A stretch of DNA of 64,000 nucleotides from Gemmatimonadota bacterium (GTDB lineage Bacteria > Gemmatimonadota > Gemmatimonadetes > Gemmatimonadales > GWC2-71-9). Below, piece after piece: positions 62,764-64,000 of the stretch. A program made the position numbers and the translations under genes. How positions within the stretch are numbered: the first letter of the stretch is position 1; the number at the start of each line of letters is the position of its first letter. Below the pieces are notes generated by a model, which made no database searches, was not told the origin of the DNA, and saw nothing but the letters and a program-made list of their open reading frames with translations. Where the stretch lies: the NCBI GenBank assembly GCA_041499375.1, contig JBGQKD010000004.1, positions 1,137-65,136 on the forward strand, given 5' to 3'.

Positions 62764-63757
62764 GCTGCGCGGCGTCCGGCACCGCTATGAAGTACGCGTC
62801 GTGCTCGACCTCGAGCAGTTCACGGTGCCCCGCACGGGAACGGTGGCGGTCGTCGGGCACAACGGGGCCGGAAAAAGCACGCTGCTTCGCCTGCTCGCGC
62901 TCCTCGAGGCGCCGACAGAAGGCCAGGTGCTCTTGAACGGCGCCGTCGTGCCCCGGCGTCCACCCGCGTCGCTACGCCGGCGCGTGACGCTGGTCGAGCA
63001 ACGGCCGATTCTGTTTCGCGGCACTGTACGAGAGAATCTCGAATACGGTCTTCAAGTCCGGGACATGGGACGCAACGCGGCCAATGGCATCATCGGGGAT
63101 GTGGTGGACCGCCTCGGACTCCAGTCGCTGCTCTCGCGCCGCCGTCACGAGCTGTCCGACGGCGAGGTCCAACGCGTGGCTGTTGCGCGGGCGCTCGCGC
63201 TGCGGACTGACGTCCTGTTGCTGGATGAACCAGCCAGCTCCGCCGACCGTGCCGCCGCGGGCGCGCTGTACCGCGCTCTCGCCGCAGAGCGAGCGGCCCG
63301 TCCCTTTGCCGTCTGCATCGCATCACACCAGCTCGAAGACGCCTACCGCTGGGGCGACGACATCCGCGCGCTCGCAGATGGCCGCCTGTCCCCGGTCACG
63401 CCCGAGAACCTGTTTCGCGTCGAGCTTCCCGCGGGCGAGGGAGTGAAGACGGCGCGCGTCGGGAGTCTCGAGCTCGTGGTCATGACCGATCGCGCCGGTC
63501 CAGTGGTGGTGGCGGTCCCGCCCACCGACATCTTCGTGAGCCGCGAGCCGCTCCCATCATCCGCGCGCAACGTCTTCAAGGGTCGAGTCACGGGTCTGGC
63601 CATGGAGCACCGCGGCGCCGGCGTGCATGTTCGGGCGGACATGGGCGGTGTAGAGCTGATCGCCGCCGTGACCGCCGAGGCCGCACGCGATCTCGCGCTC
63701 ACTCCCGGCGGCGCGGTCGTGTTCTCTTTCAAGGCCACCGCCGTCCAGGTATTCTAA
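62756..63757 (+). CDS. ABC transporter ATP-binding protein with C-terminal TOBE/Mop domain
   Basis: Trimmed to ATG 62756. GHNGAGKST, LSDGEVQRV, LLLDEP. C-terminal NVFKGRVTGL..GGAVVFSFKATAVQV. Confidence 0.9.
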   Translation: MLELRGVRHRYEVRVVLDLEQFTVPRTGTVAVVGHNGAGKSTLLRLLALLEAPTEGQVLLNGAVVPRRPPASLRRRVTLVEQRPILFRGTVRENLEYGLQVRDMGRNAANGIIGDVVDRLGLQSLLSRRRHELSDGEVQRVAVARALALRTDVLLLDEPASSADRAAAGALYRALAAERAARPFAVCIASHQLEDAYRWGDDIRALADGRLSPVTPENLFRVELPAGEGVKTARVGSLELVVMTDRAGPVVVAVPPTDIFVSREPLPSSARNVFKGRVTGLAMEHRGAGVHVRADMGGVELIAAVTAEAARDLALTPGGAVVFSFKATAVQVF

Positions 63758-63760
63758 GGA

Positions 63761-64000
63761 ATGCCGACAGCGTATCTGACCAGGATCGTCGAATTCACCG
63801 CGACGCACCGGTTTCCCAATACCCCGGAGTTTGCCGGGGCCACGAGCGACCACAGCCATCGATATCGCTGTGCCGTGACCGTGAAGGGTGTGTTCGATCC
63901 GGCACGCGGCGGCGTGATGAGCCTGCCCGTACTCAAGTCGCTGCTGCAGCGTGAAGTCGTGGGCCGTTTCGACGGGCGCCACATCAACGCGGACATCGCG
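63761..64000 (+). CDS. queD: 6-carboxytetrahydropterin synthase (PTPS family); C-terminus beyond window
   Basis: Not in the ORF track because it has no stop. My translation gives MPTAYLTRIVEFTATHRF..SHRYRCAVTVKG..GGVMSLPVLKSLL..FDGRHIN. AAGGA precedes the ATG. Confidence 0.8.
   Translation, partial: MPTAYLTRIVEFTATHRFPNTPEFAGATSDHSHRYRCAVTVKGVFDPARGGVMSLPVLKSLLQREVVGRFDGRHINADIA

Overview
High-GC, gene-dense chromosomal segment with about 62 CDS and one tRNA-Leu. I saw no rRNA, CRISPR array, transposase, integrase or phage gene. The phylum cannot be assigned without a database search. Most of the window is housekeeping: tig-clpP-clpX-engB, trpE, maf, dtd-glmS-glmM, purD, mutM, ubiX and ubiE-ubiD-ubiA, apbC, guaB, gpmI and queD. 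It is also rich in signalling genes: a hybrid histidine kinase, a GspE/PilB ATPase fused to a receiver domain, an FHA-GAF-nucleotidyl cyclase, an HD-GYP response regulator, an ECF sigma/ZAS anti-sigma pair, and an RsbR-S-T-X stressosome operon headed by a MASE1-GGDEF cyclase. The most accessory-looking stretch is 26.7-36.8 kb. It holds a DUF1854 protein plus an ABC exporter with a structured leader, a 360-nt non-coding gap, a duplicated-domain lipoprotein plus a putative His/Met-headed outer-membrane barrel, a DevBC/MacAB-TolC efflux operon with no ATPase, and a DUF922 gene interrupted by an in-frame TAG. Observations worth a second look: the stressosome-to-c-di-GMP wiring; the secretion-ATPase-REC fusion with no pilus or T2SS partners; genes whose conserved N-termini have no ATG/GTG/TTG start (clearest for the ECF sigma factor); a 32-nt identical palindromic REP-like element present twice; six head-to-head gene pairs with only 10-32 nt between start codons; nine GTGA stop/start overlaps; and a (GGGGGT)n G-quadruplex/poly-Gly repeat. 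I did not recognise a clear-cut novel defence or mobile system. Many ORF-track entries are GC-driven shadow ORFs, and several real genes needed 5' trimming. All calls come from reading the translations and motifs, with no database search.
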